The notes: generated by a model from the sequence alone, not told the origin. DNA of 60,968 bases, filler included, from 7 parts of 7 records of this genome joined end to end with filler, not necessarily neighbours in it; one strand, 5' to 3'. Positions 30,190-40,593 are shown, counted from the whole stretch's first letter. A program made the numbers and translations.

Positions 30190-31572
30190 TCATTCCGTTC
30201 GGATCGAAATGCTGCGGGCGTGGGCGGTCAGGCCCTCCTTCTCCGCCACCGTGATGACATCCTGAGCGATTGCCGACAAAGCCGATTGATCGAACTGAGT
30301 CACACTGCCAGAGCGCAGAAAGCTGTTCGCTGACAACCCTGCCGCCCATCGGCACGTGCCCCCCGTCGGCAAAACGTGACTGGGCCCCGCGGCGTAATCC
30401 CCCAACGCGACCGGAGTATGGTGCCCCAAAAACGCAGCTCCGCTGTGCCGAATCTTCGCGATCAACGATTCCGGTTCGCGAGTTTCGATCTGCAAGTGCT
30501 CCGGCGCGAACGAGTCGGTCAATTCGCAGGCATGGTCGGCATCGCGAGCCAACACCAAGGCTCCAAAATCTGACAAAGCATCGCGAGCCAAATCGCCACG
30601 CTCCAATTCGCCGAGCTGCCGCGACAATTCTGCCTGAACGCTCGTCAGCAACGACTCATCCCAAGTGATCAAAATCGCTGAGCCGGGAGAGTGTTCGGCT
30701 TGGGCCAACAAATCCGACGCAACAAATGCGGCGTTGGCGGACTCATCCGCAATCACGATCACTTCGCTGGGGCCCGCAAACGAATCGATGTCAACGGTGC
30801 CAAACACATGCTTCTTCGCCAGTGCGACAAACAAGTTTCCGGGGCCGACGATTTTGTCGACCGCGGGCAAGGCGTCGCATCCGTACGCCATCGCAGCGAC
30901 GGCCTGAGCTCCTCCGCACCGATAGACTTCCTTGATCCCCAGCTCATGACAAGTCGCCAGCATGTCCGTGTTGTAAGCACCAAATGGGGTCGGAGGAGCG
31001 ACCACCGCGATCTCATCGACACCAGCAACCTGAGCCGGAATCGCCGTCATCATCACCGTCGACGGATAAGCCGCCGCACCACCGGGGACGCAGATTCCCA
31101 CACGAGGAATCGGCACATATCGCTGCGTCAGTGAGACTCCTGGACGCGGCGTGATCGTGACATCGCGGTGCAAAATCGCGGACTGGAACGTGGCGATGTT
31201 GTCGCGAATTCGGCCGATCGTTTCGATCAGCTTCGGGTCCGCCGCGGCGTGGGCGGCCTTTAAATCTTCTTCCGGAACTCGCAACGTGTCGGCCGTTAAC
31301 TCAGCCCCATCGAGCGACTTGGTGTACCGCAGCAATGCCTCGGTGCCCCGCGATTGAACATCCTTGCAAATGGTTTCCACGACTTCGATCGGCGAAAGAG
31401 CTTTGCCGAACACTTTCAAAGTCAACTCACGACCTCGCGGACTGACCAAGTCCCCACGAGGACTCAACTTTTCTCGCAGCGCCGCCAGAGTTTCCGCAGC
31501 TTCGCTCGAAGAGGGATCGCGAGCGTCAACGGTTTGGATGGAAAATTCAGGCACGGCAACGATGCGGAACAA
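30190..31572 (-). CDS. hisD: Histidinol dehydrogenase
   Basis: VPGG, GPGN, AGPSE, QAEH, APEH and GPSHVLPT motifs. Confidence 0.96.
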   Translation of the reverse strand: MFRIVAVPEFSIQTVDARDPSSSEAAETLAALREKLSPRGDLVSPRGRELTLKVFGKALSPIEVVETICKDVQSRGTEALLRYTKSLDGAELTADTLRVPEEDLKAAHAAADPKLIETIGRIRDNIATFQSAILHRDVTITPRPGVSLTQRYVPIPRVGICVPGGAAAYPSTVMMTAIPAQVAGVDEIAVVAPPTPFGAYNTDMLATCHELGIKEVYRCGGAQAVAAMAYGCDALPAVDKIVGPGNLFVALAKKHVFGTVDIDSFAGPSEVIVIADESANAAFVASDLLAQAEHSPGSAILITWDESLLTSVQAELSRQLGELERGDLARDALSDFGALVLARDADHACELTDSFAPEHLQIETREPESLIAKIRHSGAAFLGHHTPVALGDYAAGPSHVLPTGGTCRWAAGLSANSFLRSGSVTQFDQSALSAIAQDVITVAEKEGLTAHARSISIRTE

Positions 31573-31660
31573 AAGGAGGAAGGGATCGACAGACTCGACT
31601 CGGCGATGAAAGCCAGCCGGTCAGTTTACCGAGCCAACAACCTTGGGCTAGGCTTGGCCC

Positions 31661-33409
31661 ATGAAACGCTTTTTCACGCCTGCTACGAAGACAGCCGAAG
31701 CCCTACCGCTTCCCGAAAAACGTCGCACCACCGCACTGGAGTGGGCGTCCGTGATCGCAGTGTTCGCCCTCACCTTCGCGTTTCGATGGCCATTCTTGGC
31801 TGAAAGTTTTTGGATCGATGAGCTTCATACCGCATGGTGCGTCGCCGACGGCTGGGACGAAGTGGCCCCGCGGGCGAAAATGGGAAACCAACAACCGCTG
31901 TACTTCTGGGCTCTTTGGGTCTGGCAGCAAATTCCCTGGCCTGAACCTTGGGCGAGCTATCCGGTCGAAGTCCTGCCCCGCATCACCAGCCTTTGGTGCG
32001 TCAGCCTTTCCGCCGCTCTGATCGTCTGGGGATCCTTGCGTTTTCACGGCAGCCTGCTTGCCGCCCTGGTTGCGGGACTCGCCATGGCGATCGATCGGCA
32101 AGCCGCGTTCTTTGGCGTCGAATTACGTCCCTACGCGGAGGTGATACTCGGAAGCACCCTTGCAGTCGGATTCGCCGCGAGAATTTGGGCGTCCACCAAC
32201 ATCAACCAAAATCGAGATTGGACCGGGCTCCACGCAAGCGTGATTTTCGCGACGCTGATGCACATCACCTCTTTAATCACGTTGGTTCCACTCGTCGTCG
32301 CGGTGGCGGCGAAAGACCTGAACGATTCGCGACGTGACTCGGGCCAAACGAAACGCAAGCTTTGGCGTCACGGCGGTTGGTTGGCCACATGGGTCCTGAT
32401 GGGACTGTTTCTATCCAGCGACCAACATGAGATTTGGGACCGCCGGGAAGCTTGGTCGTCATTCGGTCGCCCAAGCTCGCTGTTTGCGTTTTGGCAAATA
32501 TGGCCCTGGCTCGGTTGGACACTCATTCCGACAAGCGTCGCTGTTGTTTGCTTCGCACTGTCGCACGCAACTGCCGATTCAACCGCCCATACCAGTTCCC
32601 ACTCGCCCAACGGTCACGCAAAAGACTGTTCCGAGACCTCGTTCGTTCGTGATCCGACAACCTCTTTCACGATCCTTCTGCTGACCGTCCTGTTGGTTTC
32701 CACCCTTTCGGCGTTTTTCATATCCGAATTCGGCGGCGTTCCGATTTGGCAGCGACGCTACCTCATCGCGGGTTTGCCGCTCGGCTGCACCAGCCTTGGC
32801 GGCTGGATTGCAACTCTTTGCCATCGATTACATTACAAACTTTTCGTGCCCCTCATCGCCATTCCATCTTTCGTTGCGATCGCCTGGTCGCAAAACTCGA
32901 TTCATCCGAGCGTCGCGAAATATTGGGTTTACCGAGGTGAAGATTGGCGGACCGCGTTCCACCGGCTTGCTGATTTGATTGAAACAGACGACTCCAATCA
33001 GACCGACGTGATTCAGCAGCACGTTTGGATCGACGGAGATTTGATTGAACAACCGGCTATCACTGGACGGGTCACCGATGTGGAGCTCGCCACTTACCTC
33101 ACCCTGCCCGCCCGAGGCCCTTACTCAGCAGACAAAGAAGCCTCACCAAGCAACCCTGCCAATCTTCACGCCCTCGGTTCTCTCGCTCCCATGGACGGAT
33201 GGCAACAAGCAATCCAATCATCCGGTTTGGACGCACCGAATGCGAAGCATTGGTTTTTGTCGCGATCGCTGCCGGTGAACCAACGAAAGCCGCGATTGCT
33301 GGACGAACGCGACATCGAATTTCATGGCCAGTTCGGCAAGGTGTTTCTGTATTCCCAATCATCGCACTTCGAATCGTCACCGAACTCCAAATCGCCAAGT
33401 GAAGACTGA
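31661..33409 (+). CDS. GT-C fold (ArnT/PMT-like) membrane glycosyltransferase
   Basis: Polytopic; SFWIDE in the first loop, PLYF and ELRPYA motifs. Confidence 0.7.
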   Translation: MKRFFTPATKTAEALPLPEKRRTTALEWASVIAVFALTFAFRWPFLAESFWIDELHTAWCVADGWDEVAPRAKMGNQQPLYFWALWVWQQIPWPEPWASYPVEVLPRITSLWCVSLSAALIVWGSLRFHGSLLAALVAGLAMAIDRQAAFFGVELRPYAEVILGSTLAVGFAARIWASTNINQNRDWTGLHASVIFATLMHITSLITLVPLVVAVAAKDLNDSRRDSGQTKRKLWRHGGWLATWVLMGLFLSSDQHEIWDRREAWSSFGRPSSLFAFWQIWPWLGWTLIPTSVAVVCFALSHATADSTAHTSSHSPNGHAKDCSETSFVRDPTTSFTILLLTVLLVSTLSAFFISEFGGVPIWQRRYLIAGLPLGCTSLGGWIATLCHRLHYKLFVPLIAIPSFVAIAWSQNSIHPSVAKYWVYRGEDWRTAFHRLADLIETDDSNQTDVIQQHVWIDGDLIEQPAITGRVTDVELATYLTLPARGPYSADKEASPSNPANLHALGSLAPMDGWQQAIQSSGLDAPNAKHWFLSRSLPVNQRKPRLLDERDIEFHGQFGKVFLYSQSSHFESSPNSKSPSED

Positions 33410-33490
33410 CCGTCTTGCCAAAGCTCAGCGAACATGACAACGTCCTCGGCACGTACCTTTGTGCCGGAGATTTTTTCGGGAACCGTTCAA

Positions 33491-35038
33491 ATGAGCCAAA
33501 CGCAGATGAACCAGACGACGAGCGACCACGCATCCACCTTCGACGCCCTCTGCCAAACCTTTCGCGATGCGGCAAAGCTTTCCACCACCGCCGATTTGCT
33601 GGAATGGGACGAGCGCACCGGAATGCCACGTGGCGGAGCGGAGTACCGCGCCGAACAGGTCGCTCATCTACGCGGGTTGGTGCACACCCTGCAAACGGCC
33701 CCGGTCATCGAAGAGCAACTCGCTTCGCTTTCGGACTGGGACGCAGCATCCGATACGCACAGTGACATCGGAGCGACGTTGAAATGTCTCGCCGATGATT
33801 ACCGCCGGCAATGCAAACTGCCCAGCGACCTAGTCCAACGCACCGCATCATGTTGCGTTCGCGGCCAAGGCCAATGGGATGCCGCTCGGAAAGCGGACGA
33901 CTATTCCATGTTCCAACCCGTGCTGGACGAGATGCTTGCCCTCAAACGGGAAACGGGCGAGCTTCTGAAGACCGATGACCAAACGGTTTACGAAGCCTTG
34001 TTGGATGAATTCGAACCCGGCGCGAAAGCGGACGCTCTTACAAAAACGTTTGCTGACTTGCGAACCGAACTGGTGGCTCTGATCAGTGAGATCAAAGAAT
34101 CACCGCGACAAGTCGACACGTCGCTGATCACGCAAGAATTTCCAATCGAAGCACAGCGAGCGTTCTCGCACGTGCTCGCCGAGGCGATCGGCTTTGATTT
34201 CAACCGAGGTCGGTTGGATGAAACTTCGCATCCATTTTGCACAACCATCGGTCCCTCCGACTGCCGAATTCTAACTCGCTACGAACCCAACTTTCTTCCG
34301 ACCAGCATCTTTGGAACGCTGCATGAAGCGGGCCACGGATTGTACGAACAAGGCATGCGAGACGACTGGTTCGGGTTGCCACCGGGAAGCTATGCGTCAT
34401 TGGGAATCCACGAATCGCAATCGCGAATGTGGGAAAACCTCGTCGGTCGGACGCTGCCGTTCTGGGAACACTTCACCCCGCAGATCCAAAAACATTTCCC
34501 GTCTGAATTGGGCCAAGCCACTGCTGCGGAATTGCATCGCTGTTTCAACTCCGTCTCGCCATCGCTGATTCGGGTCGAAGCCGATGAGGCGACTTACAAC
34601 CTGCACATCATCGTACGATTTGAATTGGAACAAGCCCTGATCAGTGGCGAGCTCTCCACCGATGATCTGCCGGTTGCCTGGGCGGATGCTTACGAACAAG
34701 TCATCGGAGTGCGCCCACCGTCGGCCGCCGATGGTGTGCTGCAAGACGTTCACTGGAGTGCGGGCCTGATCGGATACTTCCCGACTTACACGTTGGGCAA
34801 CTTGGCTGCGGCCCAGTTGTACGATGCGGCCAAGCATTCCCTTGGCGACATCGATTCGATGGTTCGCGAAGGGAACTTCGCACCGCTGCGAAACTGGTTG
34901 GTCGAGAACGTTCACCAGATCGGCCGCACACGAACCGCCGATGAACTGGTCGAACAAGCCAGCGGCAAACCACTCTCAGCCGAACCGCTGATCCAAAGCC
35001 TGCGAACCCGCTACAGCCAAGTCTACGACCTCGCCTAA
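33491..35038 (+). CDS. Carboxypeptidase Taq (M32 family)
   Basis: HPF, HEAGHGLYEQ, HESQ, IRVEAD and GYFPTY motifs. Confidence 0.95.
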   Translation: MSQTQMNQTTSDHASTFDALCQTFRDAAKLSTTADLLEWDERTGMPRGGAEYRAEQVAHLRGLVHTLQTAPVIEEQLASLSDWDAASDTHSDIGATLKCLADDYRRQCKLPSDLVQRTASCCVRGQGQWDAARKADDYSMFQPVLDEMLALKRETGELLKTDDQTVYEALLDEFEPGAKADALTKTFADLRTELVALISEIKESPRQVDTSLITQEFPIEAQRAFSHVLAEAIGFDFNRGRLDETSHPFCTTIGPSDCRILTRYEPNFLPTSIFGTLHEAGHGLYEQGMRDDWFGLPPGSYASLGIHESQSRMWENLVGRTLPFWEHFTPQIQKHFPSELGQATAAELHRCFNSVSPSLIRVEADEATYNLHIIVRFELEQALISGELSTDDLPVAWADAYEQVIGVRPPSAADGVLQDVHWSAGLIGYFPTYTLGNLAAAQLYDAAKHSLGDIDSMVREGNFAPLRNWLVENVHQIGRTRTADELVEQASGKPLSAEPLIQSLRTRYSQVYDLA

Positions 35039-35081
35039 CGGGCTGTTGATTTAATCAGCCGTACCGCGTTAGCGGCGGTTA
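35039..35081. repeat. Start of a REP-like intergenic palindromic element
   Basis: GGCTG-TTGATTTAAT-CAGCC and ACCGC-GTTA-GCGGCGGT hairpins right after the stop codon at a contig end. Confidence 0.5.
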
Positions 35082-35181
35082 NNNNNNNNNNNNNNNNNNN
35101 NNNNNNNNNNNNNNNNNNNNNNNNNTTAATTAATTAANNNNNNNNNNNNNNNNNNNNNNNNNNNNNNNNNNNNNNNNNNNN
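35082..35181. other. Artificial contig spacer
   Basis: N44-TTAATTAATTAA-N44. Confidence 0.99.
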
Positions 35182-35618
35182 CCGATGCGGATGGCGACAT
35201 CCAGCCCCTCCTCCACGACATTGACAACCCGGTCAACGAACAATGTTTCGGCGGTTACTTCGTCAAACCGGTCAAGAAACGCTCCCAGAATGGGGGTAAC
35301 GACGTGACACCCGAATAGCACCGGCGCCGTCACCCGGATATGCCCTCTCGGCGCCTGGGGGGAGCCTCCAACCGATTCCTCCGCCTGCTCCAGTGCATTC
35401 AGAATGGAGCGCCCGTCCGCCAGCAACCTCCGGCCGTTTTCGGTCAGGCGAACAGACCGGGTGGTACGGACCAGAAGCCTGGCATTTAGACGTGCCTCCA
35501 GCGCGGAGACCGCGCGGGTAACAGCAGGCGGCGACATGGCAAGCAGCCGTGCCGCAGCCGCAAACCCGCCCGTTTCAGCCACTTTCACAAAGACCTGTAA
35601 CTCGCGGAATCGATCCAT
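35182..35618 (-). CDS. LysR family regulator (CrgA-like), 3' truncated
   Basis: MDRFRELQVFVKVAETGGFAAAAR, RTTRSVRLT and EEGLDVAIRI. Confidence 0.93.
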
Positions 35619-35622
35619 CTTA

Positions 35623-35639
35623 ATTCCGATAAATGGAAT
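35623..35639. promoter_or_regulatory. LysR T-N11-A operator
   Basis: Dyad ATTCC-N7-GGAAT immediately upstream of the lysR start in the divergent intergenic region. Confidence 0.65.
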
Positions 35640-35752
35640 AGTTTTTTCCATTATATGCCCATTCATCCTCAGGGCGGAACAGACGATCTAATGGGGGCGC
35701 CGGAGATCACTGCTTTCCCCATTCATAACCGCCGGCGCTGAAAGGATCAGAC

Positions 35753-36301
35753 ATGAGCCGGATTGCCAAAGTCACCACGGAAACCGCAAACAATGAACAG
35801 AGCGCCCTGCTTGATGGCATCAAGGGCAAGCTGGGCATGGTACCCAACTTCCTTGCCGTTCTCGCCCAGTCGCCGATCGCCCTGACATCCTTCCTCGGCC
35901 TGCATGAAATCGCCGGCGCCGGCGCCCTCGATGCGCAGACAAGGGAGCGGATCGCCATTGCCCTTGCCGACCGGAACAGTTGCCAGTACTGCCTCTCCGC
36001 CCATACCGCCATTGGCCGCAAATCCGGCCTGACGGACGCCGATATGACCGCAAACCGGTCCGGTGGATCGACCGACGCACGGGCTGCAGCCGCCGTCGCC
36101 TTCGCACTGGCCTTGAGCGAGCACAAGGGATCGCTGACCGAAGCCGAGTTCAATGCCGTTCGGGACGCGGGCTATTCGGATGCGGAAATCGTCGAGATCG
36201 TTGTCCATGTCGGCATGAACCTGCTGACCAACATCCTCGCCAAGTCGACCGAGGTCGATATCGACTTCCCGAAGGTCGCGCTGACGGCCCGCGCCGCTTG
36301 A
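35753..36301 (+). CDS. AhpD/carboxymuconolactone decarboxylase-like peroxidase-related protein
   Basis: LGMVPNF, RERIAIA...NSCQYCLSAH and IDFP motifs. Confidence 0.9.
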   Translation: MSRIAKVTTETANNEQSALLDGIKGKLGMVPNFLAVLAQSPIALTSFLGLHEIAGAGALDAQTRERIAIALADRNSCQYCLSAHTAIGRKSGLTDADMTANRSGGSTDARAAAAVAFALALSEHKGSLTEAEFNAVRDAGYSDAEIVEIVVHVGMNLLTNILAKSTEVDIDFPKVALTARAA

Positions 36302-36361
36302 GCCATATTGGAGGGGCGGCCTGCATGCCGTCCCTCTTCCCCCATCGAGGAGAGCACGATC

Positions 36362-36973
36362 ATGCCCAGACCTTTCGCAGAAATCAGCTTTACCCCTAAT
36401 GTCCAGGTGGCGCAGGAACGCTATGGCAGCCGGGAGCAGATGAGCCGCTTCCTGTCATCCGGAGAGGATGGTTTCATCGGCCTGAACGAGGCAGAGGCCG
36501 CTTTCATTGAGACTAGGGACGGGTTCTATCAGGCAACCGTCTCAGAGACCGGCTGGCCCTACGTCCAGTTCCGGGGCGGTCCTGCGGGCTTCCTCAAGGT
36601 GCTTGACGAGAGGACAATCGGTTACGCGGATTTCCGGGGAAACCGGCAATATCTCAGCGTCGGCAATATGAACGGCAACGATAAAGTCGCAATGATCCTG
36701 ATGGATTATGCAAACAGACGCCGTCTGAAACTCTGGACGCGGGCAAAGATCCTGCATCACGAAGATGCGCCGGACATGCTGGAACGCCTGCGGCTCCCCG
36801 ATTACAGGGCGCGTGTCGAGCGGGTTGTCATACTGACCGTCGAGGCGACGGACTGGAACTGCCCTCAGCATATCACCCCCCGTTTCACGGAAGCCGATAT
36901 ATCGGAAGCCATCGCACCGTTGCGTCAGCGTCTGAGATATCTGGAATCCAGACTGGCCGAGCTGGAGGGCTGA
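36362..36973 (+). CDS. Pyridoxamine 5'-phosphate oxidase-like FMN-binding protein
   Basis: PYVQFRGGPAGF, DFRGNRQY and WNCPQHI motifs. Confidence 0.88.
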   Translation: MPRPFAEISFTPNVQVAQERYGSREQMSRFLSSGEDGFIGLNEAEAAFIETRDGFYQATVSETGWPYVQFRGGPAGFLKVLDERTIGYADFRGNRQYLSVGNMNGNDKVAMILMDYANRRRLKLWTRAKILHHEDAPDMLERLRLPDYRARVERVVILTVEATDWNCPQHITPRFTEADISEAIAPLRQRLRYLESRLAELEG

Positions 36974-36977
36974 TTAT

Positions 36978-37484
36978 ATGCCAACACTTCTCAGGAAAAT
37001 GGCGGGCGGCGGGGCCTGCCCTGAACCGTCACGGCCCTCCGCGGCCCTGCTCAGCGGCCTTGGGGCCATGCTTGCCATCGGTTTCGCCGCAGGCCTTTCG
37101 GAAATGCTGGATGCCGTGCTGATGATGGCGCCGTTCGGGGCATCCTGTTTTCTGGCCTTCGCCGTACCGGAAAGCCCGCTGGCACAGCCGCGAAACATTG
37201 TCTTCGGACATCTTGTATCCAGTCTTGTCGGCCTTGCGGTTCTGACTGTGCTCGGCCCCGAATGGCCCGGCATGGCGCTCGCCATCGGGCTGGCTGTTTC
37301 AGCAATGATGTGGACCGGCACCAGCCACGCACCGGCGGGTGCCGATCCCGCCGTGATATTCGTGCTCCAACCAAGTCCGATCTTTTTGCTGACACCAGTT
37401 CTGTCAGGCGCGCTGCTGATCGTCGTCGTTGCGCTGCTTTTCAACAATCTGCGCCCGGGCAAAAGATATCCGGTCTACTGGTAA
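36978..37484 (+). CDS. HPP family membrane protein
   Basis: APFGAS, SPLAQPRN and HAPAGA motifs. Confidence 0.88.
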   Translation: MPTLLRKMAGGGACPEPSRPSAALLSGLGAMLAIGFAAGLSEMLDAVLMMAPFGASCFLAFAVPESPLAQPRNIVFGHLVSSLVGLAVLTVLGPEWPGMALAIGLAVSAMMWTGTSHAPAGADPAVIFVLQPSPIFLLTPVLSGALLIVVVALLFNNLRPGKRYPVYW

Positions 37485-37488
37485 CAGC

Positions 37489-39231
37489 TCAATCGCCTCT
37501 CACCGCCCCTTCGCGCCTGGGGTCCGCGCCGCCGGAAAGCATGCCGTCACCGATACTGATGGCGTGCAGCCCCGAATTCATCGACAGGACCTTGACCTTA
37601 TGCCCTTTGGCTTCGAGAGCCGTGCGCCAGGCCGCGACGGGCGTATCCTCTTCGAGGTCCGTTGCCCCATTCCTGTTGCTGACATGTCCCATATCGATCG
37701 CCTGTTGCGGATCCATGTCCCAGTCGATCATGCCGATCAGCGCCCAGGCCACGTAAGGGATGATGCGGCTGCCTCCGGGCGAGCCGATCAGGATCACGGG
37801 GCGCCCGTCCTTCAGGACAATCGTCGGCGCCATGGAGCTGCGTGGACGCTTTCCGCCTTCCACGCGATTGGCGACGGGCTTGCCGTCTTTCTTGGGAATG
37901 AAGGAGAAATCGGTCAGCTCGTTATTCAGCAGAAAACCACCCGCCATCAGTCTGCTGCCAAAGCCGGTCTCGATGGTCGTCGTCATGGAAACCGCGTTAC
38001 TCGCCTCATCCACAATGACGAAATGACTGGTCCCGGCACGCTCCGGCTGCAAATCCGGCGACAGCTCCCCTTTTTGCGCAAAAGGCGGAGTGCCGGGATT
38101 CGCTGTTTTCATGGCATGCGCTGCGTCGATCAACGCAGCCCGTGCGCGTAGATAATGCGGGTCGAGCAATCCACGCACCGGAACATCCATATAGTCCGCA
38201 TCCGCCATATAGAGCGCCCGGTCCGCGTAGGCGAGCCGCGATGCTTCGGCAAAAATATGTGCCGCAACAGGGCCATAGCCGATGGCCTTCATGTCGAATT
38301 GAGAAAGCATGCCGAGGATCTGGCCGACAGTGAGCGCTCCGGAGCTCGGTGGCCCCATGCCGCAGATATCGTAGCCTCGATAGGCGATGCAAACCGGCGG
38401 CCTCTCCATGGCCCGATAGTCTGCGAGATCCGCTGCAGTCATAAGGCTCGGATTGTCAGGCGTTGTTGCCAGTGCGGCGAGAATCCCGTTTGCGATCCCG
38501 CCTTCATAGAAAGCCTTCGCACCACCAGCGGCAATTGCCTCCAGGCTGGCTGCAAAAACAGGGTTCTTGAGGATGCTTCCCGGCTTTTTCGGGGATCCGT
38601 CGGGATTGTAAAAATAGTCTTGGGCGGTTGCCTGTCCCGGTAGACCGCGATCAGCGGCATCCGCAATCGCCCCGCCCAGTCTTGGCGAGATTTCAAAACC
38701 GTCACGCGCCATCCGGATCGCCGGCTGGAACAGATCGGGCCAAGGCAGAGTGCCGTGCGCCTTGTGAGCCATCTCCAGCATCGCGACTGTGCCCGGGACG
38801 CCGACGGAACCGGCGCCATTGACGGCTTCCCAGAACCCTTTCTTGCTGCCGTCTGATTTCAGGAAATAATCAGGTGCCGCCGCTTTGGGAGCCGTCTCCC
38901 GGCCGTCGTAGGTTGTCAGCTTCCCGGAAGCCGCATCCCAGTACACGAGGAAAGCGCCGCCGCCGATGCCAGAGGATTGCGGCTCCACGAGATTGAGCAC
39001 CATTTGCACGGCGACAGCCGCATCCATGGCGCTGCCTCCCACCTTGAGCACGTCATAGCCGGCATTGGCGGCCTCGGGGTTGGCAGCCGAGACCATGAAA
39101 TGCCGGGCTGTTCCGCCGTCTTGCGTGGTCAGGCCGCTCGGGCCTTCGGGCTGGATATCGGCCGCGTTTGCCGGGCCTCCGAACAATCCGAGGCCGGCTA
39201 CCGCCATCAACCGCATATATCTGAGCATCAT
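37489..39231 (-). CDS. ggt: Gamma-glutamyltransferase
   Basis: SSGIGGG, TSHF, LNNELTDF, KRPRSSM and GSPGG motifs; signal peptide. Confidence 0.96.
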   Translation of the reverse strand: MMLRYMRLMAVAGLGLFGGPANAADIQPEGPSGLTTQDGGTARHFMVSAANPEAANAGYDVLKVGGSAMDAAVAVQMVLNLVEPQSSGIGGGAFLVYWDAASGKLTTYDGRETAPKAAAPDYFLKSDGSKKGFWEAVNGAGSVGVPGTVAMLEMAHKAHGTLPWPDLFQPAIRMARDGFEISPRLGGAIADAADRGLPGQATAQDYFYNPDGSPKKPGSILKNPVFAASLEAIAAGGAKAFYEGGIANGILAALATTPDNPSLMTAADLADYRAMERPPVCIAYRGYDICGMGPPSSGALTVGQILGMLSQFDMKAIGYGPVAAHIFAEASRLAYADRALYMADADYMDVPVRGLLDPHYLRARAALIDAAHAMKTANPGTPPFAQKGELSPDLQPERAGTSHFVIVDEASNAVSMTTTIETGFGSRLMAGGFLLNNELTDFSFIPKKDGKPVANRVEGGKRPRSSMAPTIVLKDGRPVILIGSPGGSRIIPYVAWALIGMIDWDMDPQQAIDMGHVSNRNGATDLEEDTPVAAWRTALEAKGHKVKVLSMNSGLHAISIGDGMLSGGADPRREGAVRGD

Positions 39232-39295
39232 CAGGCCCTCCCCCTGCTCATGCATACAGGTGGTGGCGCGGATCGCAGGAAAAAAGTTGAAAAAC

Positions 39296-39370
39296 TGGTG
39301 ACCCCTACGGGAATCGAACCCGTGTTTCAGCCGTGAGAGGGCCGCGTCCTAACCGCTAGACGAAGGGGCC
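39296..39370 (-). tRNA. tRNA-Glu (anticodon CTC)
   Basis: Reverse complement GGCCCCTTCGTCTAGCGGTTAGGACGCGGCCCTCTCACGGCTGAAACACGGGTTCGATTCCCGTAGGGGTCACCA folds as a cloverleaf with encoded CCA. Confidence 0.96.
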
Positions 39371-39416
39371 TAAGCCATAACTTTCGCGCCAAACACGCGA
39401 TCAAGCAGGATCCGGA

Positions 39417-40394
39417 TCACGTCAGAAGTGCTTTCCACTCCGCCTCAATCACCGGCAAATCGTACTTGAGGCGTGTATATGCCTGCCCTTGATGCAGTTT
39501 GTCGAGATAGAAATCAGGCCGGGCCAAAACATCTTGTATCCCGCCGAGAAAATCATTTGTCAGAACAGACCATTCGGCAAGAGATTGATAGCTCGGAATG
39601 GGCGATGCGATGGCAAGCCGTCCGGCCGCAATAGCCGTAACCAGACGGTTCGCGCTTTTCAATTCGCTCCGGTCATCACTTCGTTTGGGCAGCAGAACCA
39701 GATCGGTTTCAGCCAGTACCTTGTCCAGATAATCGGGAACCCATTCCTCGAACCGAATGACAAAGTCTGGCGAGCTTGAGGCCAGAATCGCATCGAATGA
39801 CGATTTGAAGGATGAAAATATGGTCAATTCAACGCGTCTGTCCGCCGTCAGGGGAGCAAGAGTGTCGGCGATACCGGTCAGTGATGCAGCATTGGTGCTG
39901 GAGCCGTACCAGGCCAGCCGAAGCAGGGAGTCTTTCGGCGCCAGAGCTGGCTTGCCATAGGCACTGTCCGGCGGTTCGCTCACAACGCTGACCGGCACTC
40001 CGAGTTGTGCCCTGAGCTTGTCTGCGAGCCCTTCGGAACTTGCCGTGCAGAAATCAGCCTGCGCAGCCAGCGGTATCATTTCATGCAGCTCAGGGTAATC
40101 CCACGGATCATCACAAATATCGAAGATGACCCGCTTTCCACTATCCCGGCAGGCCTCTAACAACCGATGCATCGGCTTGATCATCTTGCCGAAGACGATC
40201 TGGTCCGCCTTTTGAAACTGGACTGCGCTTATAATATCGGCTTCTTCAGCGGAACCGAAGATCGTCGGGGTAAAGCCGGCCTGTGCCAGGGCGTTATAAG
40301 CAGGCACCAGACGTAATCTGTTGCCCGCGGAGAAAAAATAGGGATTTCCCTCTCTATTCGTAACCTTGGCATAAGTGATGAACGTTGTTCGCAT
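39417..40394 (-). CDS. GT-B glycosyltransferase-like protein
   Basis: VIFDICDD, LAWYGS and KSANRLVTAIAAGRLAIASP resemble GT4-like motifs. Confidence 0.7.
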   Translation of the reverse strand: MRTTFITYAKVTNREGNPYFFSAGNRLRLVPAYNALAQAGFTPTIFGSAEEADIISAVQFQKADQIVFGKMIKPMHRLLEACRDSGKRVIFDICDDPWDYPELHEMIPLAAQADFCTASSEGLADKLRAQLGVPVSVVSEPPDSAYGKPALAPKDSLLRLAWYGSSTNAASLTGIADTLAPLTADRRVELTIFSSFKSSFDAILASSSPDFVIRFEEWVPDYLDKVLAETDLVLLPKRSDDRSELKSANRLVTAIAAGRLAIASPIPSYQSLAEWSVLTNDFLGGIQDVLARPDFYLDKLHQGQAYTRLKYDLPVIEAEWKALLT

Positions 40395-40563
40395 CGCCTA
40401 TCATGACCCATCACACCTTAGCAAAGAGTACACTCTTTGATGGCGAGCCTTACAGGATTAGGGTCCGTTTTGTCATCGTGATTGGGTTGTGATCAAACCT
40501 CGCGGCAGAGAAATCCCTGCCGCTGCGCGGAACTATTCATATTCTCTACATTCGGGAGGAAAA

Positions 40564-40593
40564 TGGTGACCCCTACGGGATTCGAACCCGTGT
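40564..40593 (-). tRNA. 3' 30 nt of a second tRNA-Glu, cut by the contig end
   Basis: 29/30 identical to 39296-39325 (T-arm, acceptor stem and CCA). Confidence 0.75.

Noticed and set aside
39296..40593. Complete integrative element at tRNA-Glu
   Set aside because: No integrase is visible and the second copy is cut by the contig end; kept only as an open finding.
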